In this document: positions 28,671 to 38,210 of the stretch, piece after piece
Numbering within the stretch: the first letter of the stretch is position 1
Layout of the letters: each line of letters starts with the position of its first letter
Source: an uncultured Actinomycetes bacterium
GTDB taxonomy: Bacteria; Actinomycetota; UBA4738; HRBIN12
DNA: 64,000 bases
Direction: 5' to 3'
Assembly (NCBI GenBank): GCA_963797635.1
Contig: CAWCPZ010000011.1
Location: forward strand, 563,248 to 627,247
The notes under the pieces: model-generated
Seen by the model: only the letters and a program-made list of their open reading frames with translations
Databases searched by the model: none
Told to the model about the DNA's origin: nothing
Position numbers and translations under genes: made by a program

Positions 28671-29570
28671 CTAGGCCGCGGTCCCCTCGCCGGTCCAACC
28701 GTCCGCGGGCCGCTCGAACCAGACATGCACCTGGCCCGTTCCCACGGAAGCTTCGTACTCGCTGTAGGGCTCCCCCGGCGCCTGGCAACGCGCGCCGCCG
28801 ATCGCCGAGGCCATCATCAGGTAGTGGCCGAAGTGCCCCTCCGGCGCCGCCTTCCGGTACTCCGGCATCCAGTCGATGATCCCCGCGTGGTCGCCGTCCT
28901 TCATCATCGCGAGCACGCGCTGGTCGGCCTCGTAGCTCTCGCGATGCAGGATGTTGTCGGGCGCCTTCGAGCTCTCGTGCTGCCGGAGTTCCTGGAACGA
29001 GAAGAACCGGTGGGTCATGCCACCGCTCGCGAGCAGCACCACGCGCCGGTCGCTCTCGCGGATCGCGTTGCCGATCAGCTCGCCGAACAGCAGGAAGTCC
29101 TCGGTGGTGCAGCACTGGTTGATCGCCACGCTCATCCACCGCGTGTCGGCGTCGCCCAGGAACGTCCACACGTTCACGGTGCCGTAGAAGATCGGCAGGA
29201 ACGGATCGTCGCAGGGCAGGATCCAGCAGTCGTCGCGCCCTTCGGCCTGCGCCGCGATCGCGTTCGCGAGCTCGGGGTCGCCGGGCATGTCGTAGGGCAC
29301 CTGCTTCATGCCGCGCGGCAGTTCATGGCTCGTGAACTTGCCGGTCCGGCGTTCGGCCGAGGTCACGATGTGTTCGAAGGTCGACTCCCAGTGCGTGTCG
29401 AACACGATCACGGTGTCCGGGTTCAGCCGGTCGAGCGCCTCGGACTTCAGTCGATGCAGGCCGGGCACCAACGAGATCTCGTTGCCGTCGTTGAGTTCGC
29501 GCCGCGTGTCCTCCGGCAGCATGATCGTGGGAACGTGCGCGACCAGTGCCGCGCCGACGATCTCACCCAT
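28671..29570 (-). CDS. hpaD: Class III (LigB-type) extradiol dioxygenase, homoprotocatechuate 2,3-dioxygenase (HpcB/HpaD)-like
   Basis: ORF 28671..29570 (299 aa). MGEIVGAALVAHVPTIML, DTVIVFDTHW, LASGGMTHRF and SVGTGQVHVWF match, from memory, the corresponding blocks of E. coli HpcB (MGKLALAAKITHVPSMYL, DTIIVFDTHW, LASGSLSHRF, SSGTGQVNAVF). Confidence 0.8.
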   Translation of the reverse strand: MGEIVGAALVAHVPTIMLPEDTRRELNDGNEISLVPGLHRLKSEALDRLNPDTVIVFDTHWESTFEHIVTSAERRTGKFTSHELPRGMKQVPYDMPGDPELANAIAAQAEGRDDCWILPCDDPFLPIFYGTVNVWTFLGDADTRWMSVAINQCCTTEDFLLFGELIGNAIRESDRRVVLLASGGMTHRFFSFQELRQHESSKAPDNILHRESYEADQRVLAMMKDGDHAGIIDWMPEYRKAAPEGHFGHYLMMASAIGGARCQAPGEPYSEYEASVGTGQVHVWFERPADGWTGEGTAA

Positions 29571-29588
29571 GTGCGTCTCTCCCCTCCA

Positions 29589-31128
29589 TCAGGTGGTCCA
29601 CGGTGCCGTGCAGACGTTCTTCACATCGCTGTAGAAATCGAAGCTCCACGTGCCGCCCTCTCGGCCGATCCCGGAGTTGCGCGAGCCGCCGAACGGGGCC
29701 GCCAGGTCGCGCACGAAGAAGCAGTTGACCCACACGGTGCCGGCCACGAGCGCCGCGCTCACGCGTTCGGCGCGGCCCGGATCGCCCGTGTACAGGATCG
29801 CGGCCAGGCCGTACCGCGTGTCGTTCGCCAGCGCCACGGCTTCGTCCTCGTCGGCGAACGTCTGCAGGGTGAGGACCGGGCCGAAGACCTCCTGCGTCAG
29901 GATCTCGGAGCCGGCCGGCGCATCGGTGAACAGCGTGGGTCGGTAGTACAGGCCCCCGAGCTCGTCGTTGGGTCCACCGCCGAAGACCGCACGGGCACCG
30001 TCGGCCTTGGCGCGTTGGACGAATCCGTCGACGCGCTCGAAGTGTTCGCGGGTGATCTGCGGGCCGATCTCGGTGGCCGCTTCTCGTGGGTCGCCTTGCA
30101 CGATCTCGGCGGCGGCCCGGGTGAACCGGTCCAGGAACTCGTCGTGGATCGACGCCTCCACGAGCAGCCGCGTGCCGGCCAGGCAGACCTGACCGGCGTT
30201 GTCGAACTGGTTGACCGCCTGCTTCACGACCGCGTCGAGATCGGCGTCGGCGAAGGCGACGAACGGTGACTTGCCCCCGAGCTCCAGGCTCGCCGGGGTG
30301 AGGTTCGCGCCGGCGGCCTGCGCCACGAGCTTGCCGGTCGGCACCGATCCGGTGAACGCGATGCGATCCAGGCCGGGATGGGCGGTGAGGGCGGCGCCCG
30401 CCTCCTCGCCGATCCCCTGCAGCACGTTGAACGCGCCGTCGGGCAGGCCGGCATCGTGCGCGATGTCGGCGAGCATCGAGGCGGTGAGCGGCGCCCACTC
30501 CGGCGGCTTGAGGATCACGGCGTTGCCGGCCGCCAGCGCCGGAGCCACGCGCCAGGTGGCGAGCATCAACGGAGCGTTCCACGGCGTGATCACGGCCGTG
30601 ACGCCGCTGGGGTCCCACTCGAAATGCTCGGCGAACCCGTCGTGGTCCTTGTCGTCACCCAGCGTCAGCAGGTGGTCGGCGAAGAACCGGAAGTTCCGCG
30701 CGACACGCGGCATGACGGAGTTCCGCATCGACCGGAGCAGCGACCCGTTGTCCCGCGTCTCGACCGCCGCGAGTTCGGGGACGCGCGCCTCGACGCCATC
30801 GGCGATCCGGTGCAGGACCTCCGCTCGCTCCTTCGGCGGGCATCGAGCCCCAGACGGCGAACCCCTCACGAGCGGCGGCGACGGCCTGGTCGGCTTCGGG
30901 GGCTCCCCCGCGGGCGACCTCGGCGATGGGCATCTCGTCGATCGGCGAGACGTCGACGAAGGTCTCGGCCGACGCGACGCGCGTGCCGCCGATCCAGTGG
31001 TCGGTGGAGACCTCGATGCCCTCGACGACGGCGTGCCCCGTGGCGACCCTCTCCTCGCGTCGTGGGACGCGGTGCGTCCCAAGGTCGTTCGGACACGAAC
31101 GGTATGGCCGGTGCCAAGCCGCTGTCAA
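29589..31128 (-). pseudogene. NAD-dependent aldehyde dehydrogenase (HpaE-like by context), frame break near 30830-30838; start unresolved
   Basis: The body is in ORF 29589..31082 (ITPWNAPLMLATWRVAPALAAGNAVILKPPEW, ELGGKSP, VCLAGTR, EEVFGPV). The N-terminal part (VSTDHWIGGTRVASAETFVDVSPIDEMPIAEVARGG...FAVWGSMPA) is in ORF 30655..31128. The only conventional start upstream is TTG 31128. A strong GAGGAGAGGG near 31050 has no ATG/GTG/TTG after it. Confidence 0.8.
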
Positions 31129-31189
31129 GCCTCAGGGAACCGGTCCGGCCTCGCGGGGCGTCGGAGAGCCAACGACGAAAGGGGCTCCG

Positions 31190-32273
31190 ATGCGTCGCGA
31201 ACGGATCGCACCGACGATGGTGATGATCGCCTTGACCACCATCCTCACGATGGGACCGGCCATGAACGCGCTCGCCTGCGGCGGGCTCGTGGCGCCGAAC
31301 GGCACCATCAACCTGCTCAAGACCACCACCCTGGCGGCCTACCACCGAGGGATCGAGCACTACGTCACCTCGTTCGAGTTCGCCGGCCAGGGCGCGGCCG
31401 AGGTGGGCTCGATCGTTCCCCTCCCGGGCGTCCCGACCAGGGTCGTGAAGGCCGGTGGGTGGACCCTGCAGCGGTTGGTCGAGGAGGTCACGCCTCCCCC
31501 GCCGGAGCTGGAGACCGCGGACTTCGCAGCGGCCGCCACGCCCGTCAGCGCAGGTGCTGCTCGAAGCGCAGATCGACGCCCTCGACATCACCGTCCTGAA
31601 GGGCGGCGCCGTGGCGGTCGGAGCCTGGGCGAAGGACCATGGGTTCTTCCTTCCACCCGATGCTCCCGAGGTCCTGGAGTTCTACGCCGATCGGAGCCCG
31701 ATCTTCATGGCGGCCCGGTTCAACGCCGGACGCGCGGAAGAGCAAGGGGTGCAGACCGGCGAAGGCACCCCGATCCACGTGGCGATCCCCACGCCGAACC
31801 CCTGGGTCCCGCTCCGCATCCTCGGGCTCGGTCGGCAGGAGGGCGAGCTCATCCAGGCCGACGTGTTCCTGTTGACGGATGCGCCGCCCTCCACGCTGCC
31901 GCAAGCCGAGCATCCCAGCGACGATCCTGACCAACGTGGCCTGATCCAGGAAGTGAGCGAGCCGGCATCGCCTTCGCTGCTGCGCGATCTCCGATCGGAC
32001 GATCGGATGCGGTGGTTGCCGGGATCGGATCTGTGGCTCACCTACATCCGCATCAACGAGGAGGCCGGCCGGCTCACGCACGACCTGGCGATCGACGCCA
32101 GCGGGTACGGCCAACCCGATCCGGTGGCGGCGGGATTCGCGCGCCGGCTGATCAGCGCTCCGACGGATGATCCGACCACGCGCGAGACCGTCGTGGTGCT
32201 CGCCCTGCTCGTGGGGACGGCGTTCTCGGCCGGATGGATCGCGAAACGCCGGAGGACGGGATCGTCCGCATGA
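31190..32273 (+). pseudogene. DUF2330-like secreted/membrane-anchored protein, frame break near 31545-31552
   Basis: ATG 31190 (MRRERIAPTMVMIALTTILTMGPAMNALACGGLVAPNGTINLLKTTTLAAYHRGIEHYVTSFEF), in the frame of ORF 30926..31930. The rest (QVLLEAQIDALDITVLKGG...C-terminal TM VVVLALLVGTAFSAGWIA) is in ORF 31455..32273. Confidence 0.7.
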
Positions 32274-32692
32274 GGCAGCCTCATCGACTCGTGGTGAGCA
32301 TCGCGCTCCTGCTCGCATCGGCCGTGGCGGTCCCGGCGTGCGGCTCGGCCCGCGCCGCCGAGGACCTCCGCACCGTCCACATCACGATCCACCATTCGGC
32401 GTTCGATCCGGACGAGCTCGACGTCGCCCCCGGCGAAACCGTGCGCTTCGTCGTGGAGAACACCGATCCGATCGACCACGAATTCCTCGTGGGGAACGAG
32501 CAGGTCCAAGCGGTCCATGAACTCGGGACCGAGGCACATCACGCGCCGAAGCCCGGAGAGATGTCCGTCCCGGCCCTGACGACGAGGGTCACGACGTACA
32601 CCTTCCCGACCGGCCATGGTTCGACGATCTTCGGATGCCATCTCCCCGGCCACTACGCCTACGGGATGCGTGGAGCGATCCGGTTCGGATGA
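32270..32692 (+). CDS. Cupredoxin-like (type-1 copper) lipoprotein/secreted protein
   Basis: ATG 32270 overlaps the upstream stop (ATGA). Signal peptide with Cys (LLLASAVAVPAC). Copper ligand pattern H...C-x3-H-x4-M (GCHLPGHYAYGM). 140 aa. Confidence 0.8.
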   Translation: MRQPHRLVVSIALLLASAVAVPACGSARAAEDLRTVHITIHHSAFDPDELDVAPGETVRFVVENTDPIDHEFLVGNEQVQAVHELGTEAHHAPKPGEMSVPALTTRVTTYTFPTGHGSTIFGCHLPGHYAYGMRGAIRFG

Positions 32693-32702
32693 TGCCGGAC
32701 GG

Positions 32703-35231
32703 CTACGAGGAGAAGTGCGCCGTCAGGTCCGGCGTGGCGCGCAGGCGAAGGGCGGCCGCTATCCGCTGGCGCTCCAGCATCTGCTGCAGGGTCTTGGCCG
32801 ACTGCGGGATCGGGTGGCGTTCGAAGAAGGCAGCGGCCGCGGCCACGTCCTCGGGCCGGGAGAGGAACCGCACGCCGTCGACCATGCGGATCGTGAGTGA
32901 GGACGGGAAGCGCGAGACGAGATCGTCCCAGTGTTCCGTGAGGAAGGTCCAGGAGCGCGGTCCCAGGTCGCGGTTCGTGCCGGCGAACGCCACCACGAAG
33001 GGGGCGTTCTGGGAGCGGATGTCGTCGCCGAGCGTCGCGGCGAGCGTGCGATCCATCAGCGCCGGGTCGCGGAAGAGCGGCAGCGCGATCAGGTAGCGCA
33101 GCTGCTCCTGCGGCGTGGGCGCATCGCGATAGGCCTCCCAGAAGCGCTCGTAGTCGTCGGCATCGCCGGCCACCGCCACGACGTTGACCGCGGCCGCCGC
33201 CAGCGCGGGATCGACGGGCTTGCCGGCACGGGCCTCGCCTTCGAATTCACGCGCGGCGGCTTCAGCGTTGGGATCGGCGCCCAGCACACCGAGACCCTGC
33301 AGGAGCGCTCCGCGCAGCGCGCGCGTGAGATCGGCGTCCTCTTCCCGAGCCTCCCAGCCGAGGCGATCCATGGCGGGGGCCACCAAGCCACGGACGAACC
33401 CGCGGAACCGCTCACGGGCCTCGCCTTCCACGAAGCGGTCGCACCAGCCGAGGCCGGCCATCAACGCCTGCCACACGGCCAGATCGTCTTCATCCTGGAA
33501 CCCCGCCGCGAACCGGACGAACGCCGATGCATCGGCGGCTCCGGAACTCACGGCGGCCCAGTGGTCGTCGACCAGCCCGTACCGTTCGAGGGGCGAGACC
33601 TCGGACAAGCGCCCGGTGAGGCGGTCCAGGAGATCTCCGTCGTAGCGCACGCGGACGAAGCTGCTCGCGCCCGCGTTCGCCACCATGGCGGCGTCAGGAT
33701 CTGCCGGCGAGCTGACGCCCCCCGCGGGAACCAGCACGGAGCGCTCCTCGCCGCCGAGCTCGCGCACCCGCAGCGGCACGTCCCAGGTGGTGACGTCATC
33801 GGCTCCATCGGCCAGGAACCGACGCTGAGCGATCCGGACGCCCTCATCGTCGGGCGAGACGGTCAGGAGCGGGTAGCCGCCCTGCCAGATCCACTGGTCC
33901 ATGATCCGGCGGACGGGTTCGCCGCTGGCCTCCTCGAGCGCGTTCCACAGGTCGTGGGTCTCGGTGTTGCCGTAGGCGTGACGCTGCAGGTACAGGCGGA
34001 TGCCGTCACGGAACTCGTCGCCCCCGAGGTAGCGGTCGAGCATGCGCAGGGTGGCCGCGCCCTTCTGGTAGGTGAGCACGTCGAACATGCCGGCGGTGTC
34101 ATCGGGCGAATGGACGGGGTACTCGATCGCGCGCGTGGCGTGCAACGCGTCGACCTCCTTCGCGGAGGTGCACGCGCGGGCGAACGAGGACCAGCGCTCC
34201 CAGTCGGGCCGCCACGCATCGACCGTCACCAGCGCCATGAAGGTGGCGAACGCCTCGTTCAGCCAGATGCCGTTCCACCACCGCATCGTCACGAGGTTGC
34301 CGAACCACTGGTGGGCCAGCTCGTGGGCGACGACGTCGGCGATGTTCTCGAGTTCGGGTTGCGTCGCCTGCTCCGGGTCGACCAACAGCAGCGACTCGCG
34401 GTAGGTGATGCAGCCGGTGTTCTCCATCGCGCCCTGCGCGAAGTCGGGCAACGCGATCATGTCGACCTTGCGATCGGGATACGGGAGGCCGTAGTAGTCG
34501 GTGAAGAACCACATGGAGAAGACGGCGGCATCCAGCGCGAACTTCGTCAGATGGCCCTTGCCAGGAACGTAGACGACCCGGATCGGCACGCCGTCGGCAT
34601 CGACGGGGTCGCTGCACTCGAGCCGGCCCACCACGAACGCCACCAGGTAGGTGGACATGCTCATGGTCTCGGCGAATCGGACGCGGATCCGGTCATTGCC
34701 CAGATCCTCGCGCTCCACCTCGGGACCGTTGGAGATGGCGGCGAGACCGTCGGGGACGATCAGGGTGATGGCGAACACGGCCTTGAGGTCGGGTTCGTCC
34801 CAGCACGGGAAGGCGCGCCGGGCATCGGCCGCCTCGAACTGCGTGGTGGCGATCGTGTGGATGTCGCCGTCGTCGTCTGCGTAGGTGGAACGGTAGAAGC
34901 CGTGGAGTTGATCGTTGAGCTCGCCGCGGAACGCCAGGTACAGCGTCCAGGAGCCTGGATCGGCGGGATCGGCAAGGCCGAGCGTGGCGCGCTGCAGCTC
35001 CTCGTCGAAGGCGATGCCGCTCACTTCGATCCGGGTTCCGGCGGCGTTGGAGAGCCACCCGTTGTCGATCTCGAGGGCCAGGGCGTTGATGACGATCTCG
35101 TCGATGCGCTCGTGGACCTCGACGGTCACGGCTTCGGTTCCCGAGAAGGTGGCGGCCTCCAGATCGGGTTCGATCGTGAGGTCGTAGCGCGAGGGGATCA
35201 CGCTTCGCGGGAGACGGTAGCGGTCCTGCAT
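32703..35231 (-). CDS. pepN: Aminopeptidase N (M1 family)
   Basis: ORF 32703..35231 (842 aa). Contains GAMEN and HELAHQWFGNLVTMRWWNGIWLNEAF (HEXXH-18-E). Confidence 0.95.
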   Translation of the reverse strand: MQDRYRLPRSVIPSRYDLTIEPDLEAATFSGTEAVTVEVHERIDEIVINALALEIDNGWLSNAAGTRIEVSGIAFDEELQRATLGLADPADPGSWTLYLAFRGELNDQLHGFYRSTYADDDGDIHTIATTQFEAADARRAFPCWDEPDLKAVFAITLIVPDGLAAISNGPEVEREDLGNDRIRVRFAETMSMSTYLVAFVVGRLECSDPVDADGVPIRVVYVPGKGHLTKFALDAAVFSMWFFTDYYGLPYPDRKVDMIALPDFAQGAMENTGCITYRESLLLVDPEQATQPELENIADVVAHELAHQWFGNLVTMRWWNGIWLNEAFATFMALVTVDAWRPDWERWSSFARACTSAKEVDALHATRAIEYPVHSPDDTAGMFDVLTYQKGAATLRMLDRYLGGDEFRDGIRLYLQRHAYGNTETHDLWNALEEASGEPVRRIMDQWIWQGGYPLLTVSPDDEGVRIAQRRFLADGADDVTTWDVPLRVRELGGEERSVLVPAGGVSSPADPDAAMVANAGASSFVRVRYDGDLLDRLTGRLSEVSPLERYGLVDDHWAAVSSGAADASAFVRFAAGFQDEDDLAVWQALMAGLGWCDRFVEGEARERFRGFVRGLVAPAMDRLGWEAREEDADLTRALRGALLQGLGVLGADPNAEAAAREFEGEARAGKPVDPALAAAAVNVVAVAGDADDYERFWEAYRDAPTPQEQLRYLIALPLFRDPALMDRTLAATLGDDIRSQNAPFVVAFAGTNRDLGPRSWTFLTEHWDDLVSRFPSSLTIRMVDGVRFLSRPEDVAAAAAFFERHPIPQSAKTLQQMLERQRIAAALRLRATPDLTAHFSS

Positions 35232-35273
35232 CGGAGCGGGAGCCTACCGCGAGAACCAGCGATGCGTCTCGAA

Positions 35274-35298
35274 GGAACCTTCGGGCGAGGATCCGGTC
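35274..35298 (+). promoter_or_regulatory. Candidate ECF-type promoter GGAAC-N17-GTC upstream of the sigma-factor gene
   Basis: GGAAC lies at 35274-35278 and GTC at 35296-35298, in the 116-nt spacer between pepN and the sigma gene, about 50 nt before ATG 35348. Pattern match only. Confidence 0.3.
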
Positions 35299-35347
35299 AT
35301 CGTGGTCAGATTGGTGGGACGTCCGGGAGCACCGCGAGGGATGCCGC

Positions 35348-36736
35348 ATGGCTCACGACCGCGATGACATCGCCGATCCTCGCCTCTCCCTGCCCGAGGT
35401 CGATCCGGGGACCGAGTTCGAACTGTTCTTCGAGCTGGAGTTCGAGCGGGTGTTCGGCGCCGCCTACCTCGCGACCGGGTCGCGGCGAGATGCCGACCAC
35501 CTGACCCACCTGGCCCTCCTGCGCACGTGGGACCGGTGGGCGCGGGTGCGCGAGATGGAACAGCCCCTCAGCGTTCCCGATCCGGGTGGCGCTCGACCCC
35601 TCGAAGATGCCCTGGCGGCGAGCCGTGGTTTCGGCCCGGGGGCGCCTGCACGGCGAGCGCAGGCTGGAGCCCTTCGAGGACGTCACCATCGACGACCGCG
35701 TCCGGCAGGTGCTCGAGACGATGCCGTGGCGACGTCGCGCCGCGATCACCCTCACCGGATCCCTGCACCTCACGGCGGGCGAGGCGGGTCGCGCGTTGCG
35801 GATGCGCGCCCGTCGCATCCGCGAAGAGGTCGCGGCTGCATCCACAGACCTGTCCGCCGCGGTCGCCGACGACGAGGAACCGACAGAGCCTGCCGCGGTC
35901 CTCGACACCGTGCGGCTCGCCGCCGCCCCCGCCAGCGGCACGTTCGCCCGCCACCAGTCGCTTCGACGGAGAACGCGGGACCGTCGCCGCGTCGCCACGG
36001 TGGCGTGCGCGCTGTCGCTGGCGGCCCTGGTGATCTTCCTCGGAACTCGAGGATCGACCTCCGGAGCTCCGGCCGACGCATCGCCGACTCCCGTGCAGGG
36101 TGCGCTCGACGCCGGCACCTACCGCTTCCCCGACATCTCGGCCGCGGCCACGGTGACGCTCCCCGAAGGGTGGCGGGCCGGCGATTCGATCTGGGGTTCG
36201 GACGGCCGCGGGTTCGCCGCGGTGACGACCGGTCCCGACGGCGGCTCGGTGAGCGTGGCGGTGTTCGACCTCGCGCACCTGAACCCGGTCGACCCGGTGG
36301 GGCACGTCTACACGCAGACACCGGCGCGGCTGCGACAGTGGTACGACGGGTTCGACGCCGAGTTCGAACGCGAGGTCCGGCCCCGGTTGCGATCCGCCAT
36401 CGCGGGCGTCGCCGACCGATGGCAACCCGGCCGGCCGCTGGCGTGGATCTTGAGCCAGGTGCCGCCGCGGACCCATCGAGGTGTCCGAGCCGATCATCGC
36501 CGACCGGCTGGGGACGCTGGCCTCCTTCGTGAACACCGGACCCTCGAGCGCGCTGTTCGGCATCACGGGCGTGGGCACGATCTCGCTGCGACCCGACGTG
36601 ACCTACACGTTCTGGGTCCCCACCGACCCCGAACGCCTTCGGCACCCCGATCATGGTGGGCATCGCTCGGGAAGCGGGTTCGATCCCCACCGCCGGCGAG
36701 TGGAAGGTGGTGGGATCGCTCGCCTTCGACGGTTGA
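35348..36736 (+). pseudogene. ECF-type sigma-70 family factor continuous with a TM segment and an extracytoplasmic domain of about 250 aa; three frame breaks (near 35570, 36466, 36636)
   Basis: Region 2 (FELFFELEFERVFGAAYLATGSRRDADHLTHLALLRTWDRWARV) is in ORF 35348..36532. Region 4 (VLETMPWRRRAAITLTGSLHLTAGEAGRALRMRARRIREEV), a linker, the TM segment VATVACALSLAALVIFLG and a soluble domain are in ORF 35586..36758, then ORF 36481..36762, then a short tail ending FGTPIMVGIAREAGSIPTAGEWKVVGSLAFDG-stop at 36736. Confidence 0.65.
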
Positions 36737-36742
36737 ACGCGG

Positions 36743-37669
36743 TCAGTCGTTCACGTAGGTGAGCCAGTCCGGATACTTCGGGTTCTCGCCCTTGGTGGCG
36801 GCGAAGAACGCGGACTGGAGCTCCTTCGTGATCGGGCCGCGGTGGCCCTCACCGACCTCGCGGTCATCGACCTCGCGGATCGGCGTGATCTCGGCCGCGG
36901 TCCCGGTGAAGAAGCACTCCTCGGCGTTGTAGAGGTCGGTGCGGACCAGGTTCTCCTCGCGGACCTCGTAGCCGGCATCGCGCGCGAGGGCCATCGTGGT
37001 TTCCCGCGTGATGCCGTCGAGCGAACCCGCCTGGGTGGGCGGCGTGAACAGCACGCCCTTGCGAACGATGAAGATGTTCTCGCCGGACCCGTCGGTGACG
37101 TAGCCGTGGTCGTTCAGCATGATCGCCTCGTCGTAGCCGGCCTTCAGGCTCTCGACCTTGGCGAGCACGCTGTTGATGTACTGGCCGGTGGCCTTCGCCG
37201 CGGCGGGCAGCGAGTTCTGCGCGTTGCGGCGCCAGCTGCTCACCTTCACCCGGACCCCCTGCTCCAGCGCATCCTCGCCGAGGTAGGCGCCCCACGGCCA
37301 CACCGCGATCGTGACGTTGACGGGAGACTCCAGCGGGTTCACGCCGATCTCGCCGTACCCACGGAACGCGAGCGGCCGGATGTAGCACGACTGCAGCCCG
37401 TTCGCGCGGATGACCTCCTTCGTGGCGTCCTTCAACGCCTCGGGCGAGAAGGGGATGTCCAGGTGGTACAGCTTCGCGCTGCGGTACAGGCGCTTGAGGT
37501 GCTCGTCCAGGTGCCAGACGGCGGGGCCGCGTACGGTCTCGTAAGCCCGGATGCCCTCGAAGACGCCGCTGCCGTAGTGCAGCGCGTGGCTGAGCACGTG
37601 GACCTGCGCGTCGCGCCAGTCCACCAACTCGCCGTCCATCCAGATCTTCTCGACCTCGGTGATCGGCAC
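36743..37669 (-). CDS. ilvE: Branched-chain amino acid aminotransferase
   Basis: Internal GTG 37669 of ORF 36743..37867. Sequence VPITEVEKIWMDGELVDWRDAQVHVLSHALHYGSGVFEGIRAY...GENIFIV...LDGITR. 308 aa, PLP fold type IV. Confidence 0.9.
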   Translation of the reverse strand: MPITEVEKIWMDGELVDWRDAQVHVLSHALHYGSGVFEGIRAYETVRGPAVWHLDEHLKRLYRSAKLYHLDIPFSPEALKDATKEVIRANGLQSCYIRPLAFRGYGEIGVNPLESPVNVTIAVWPWGAYLGEDALEQGVRVKVSSWRRNAQNSLPAAAKATGQYINSVLAKVESLKAGYDEAIMLNDHGYVTDGSGENIFIVRKGVLFTPPTQAGSLDGITRETTMALARDAGYEVREENLVRTDLYNAEECFFTGTAAEITPIREVDDREVGEGHRGPITKELQSAFFAATKGENPKYPDWLTYVND

Positions 37670-37791
37670 CGTCGAACCTCCTGGTGTCGGCGGGCGCTCA
37701 TCGGGTCGCCCGTTCGTGGCCCTCCAGGATAGCGGGGCGACCCAGGCTCGGCGAGCCCACGCACCGCCGCCACCCCGGGTAGGCTCAACCC

Positions 37792-38205
37792 ATGACGAGC
37801 GACCAGCCGGGGATGCGCGACCCTCACGATCCCGACGACCAGTACTCCCCGTCCGAAGGTCCCTCACCGTCGAACGACGACGCCGACAGCGGAGAGTCGC
37901 TCGAGTCCTACATCTCCGAGATGGACCACAGCCTGGGCGTCGACGACCACACCACGACGTCCGAACAGATGGCCGGCGACACGATCGACGATCGCACCCG
38001 GCGGGAGCAGCCGCAGAACGACCGGCGCCACAAGCACCTCGACGTCACCGACGACTCCGACGTGGAGGCCCTCGACCACGAAGCCGCCCTGGTCGGCGAA
38101 TCCGCCGAGACGTTCGAGCCGGACGCCCCCGAGGTGGACGCGATGCACGTCGTCGACGATCTCCCCGGCGCCGTCGACCACCCCGACGACTACGTCGAGG
38201 AGTAG
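37792..38205 (+). CDS. Highly acidic hypothetical protein (DUF5709-like)
   Basis: ORF 37792..38205 (137 aa), rich in D/E. A TAGGCT -10-like hexamer ends 6 nt before the ATG and there is no Shine-Dalgarno, which suggests a leaderless mRNA. Confidence 0.6.
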   Translation: MTSDQPGMRDPHDPDDQYSPSEGPSPSNDDADSGESLESYISEMDHSLGVDDHTTTSEQMAGDTIDDRTRREQPQNDRRHKHLDVTDDSDVEALDHEAALVGESAETFEPDAPEVDAMHVVDDLPGAVDHPDDYVEE

Positions 38206-38210
38206 GCAGG

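Noticed and set aside
32931-35504. 857-aa ORF on the plus strand
   Set aside because: It is antisense to pepN, which has the GAMEN and HEXXH-E signature. This is a shadow ORF.
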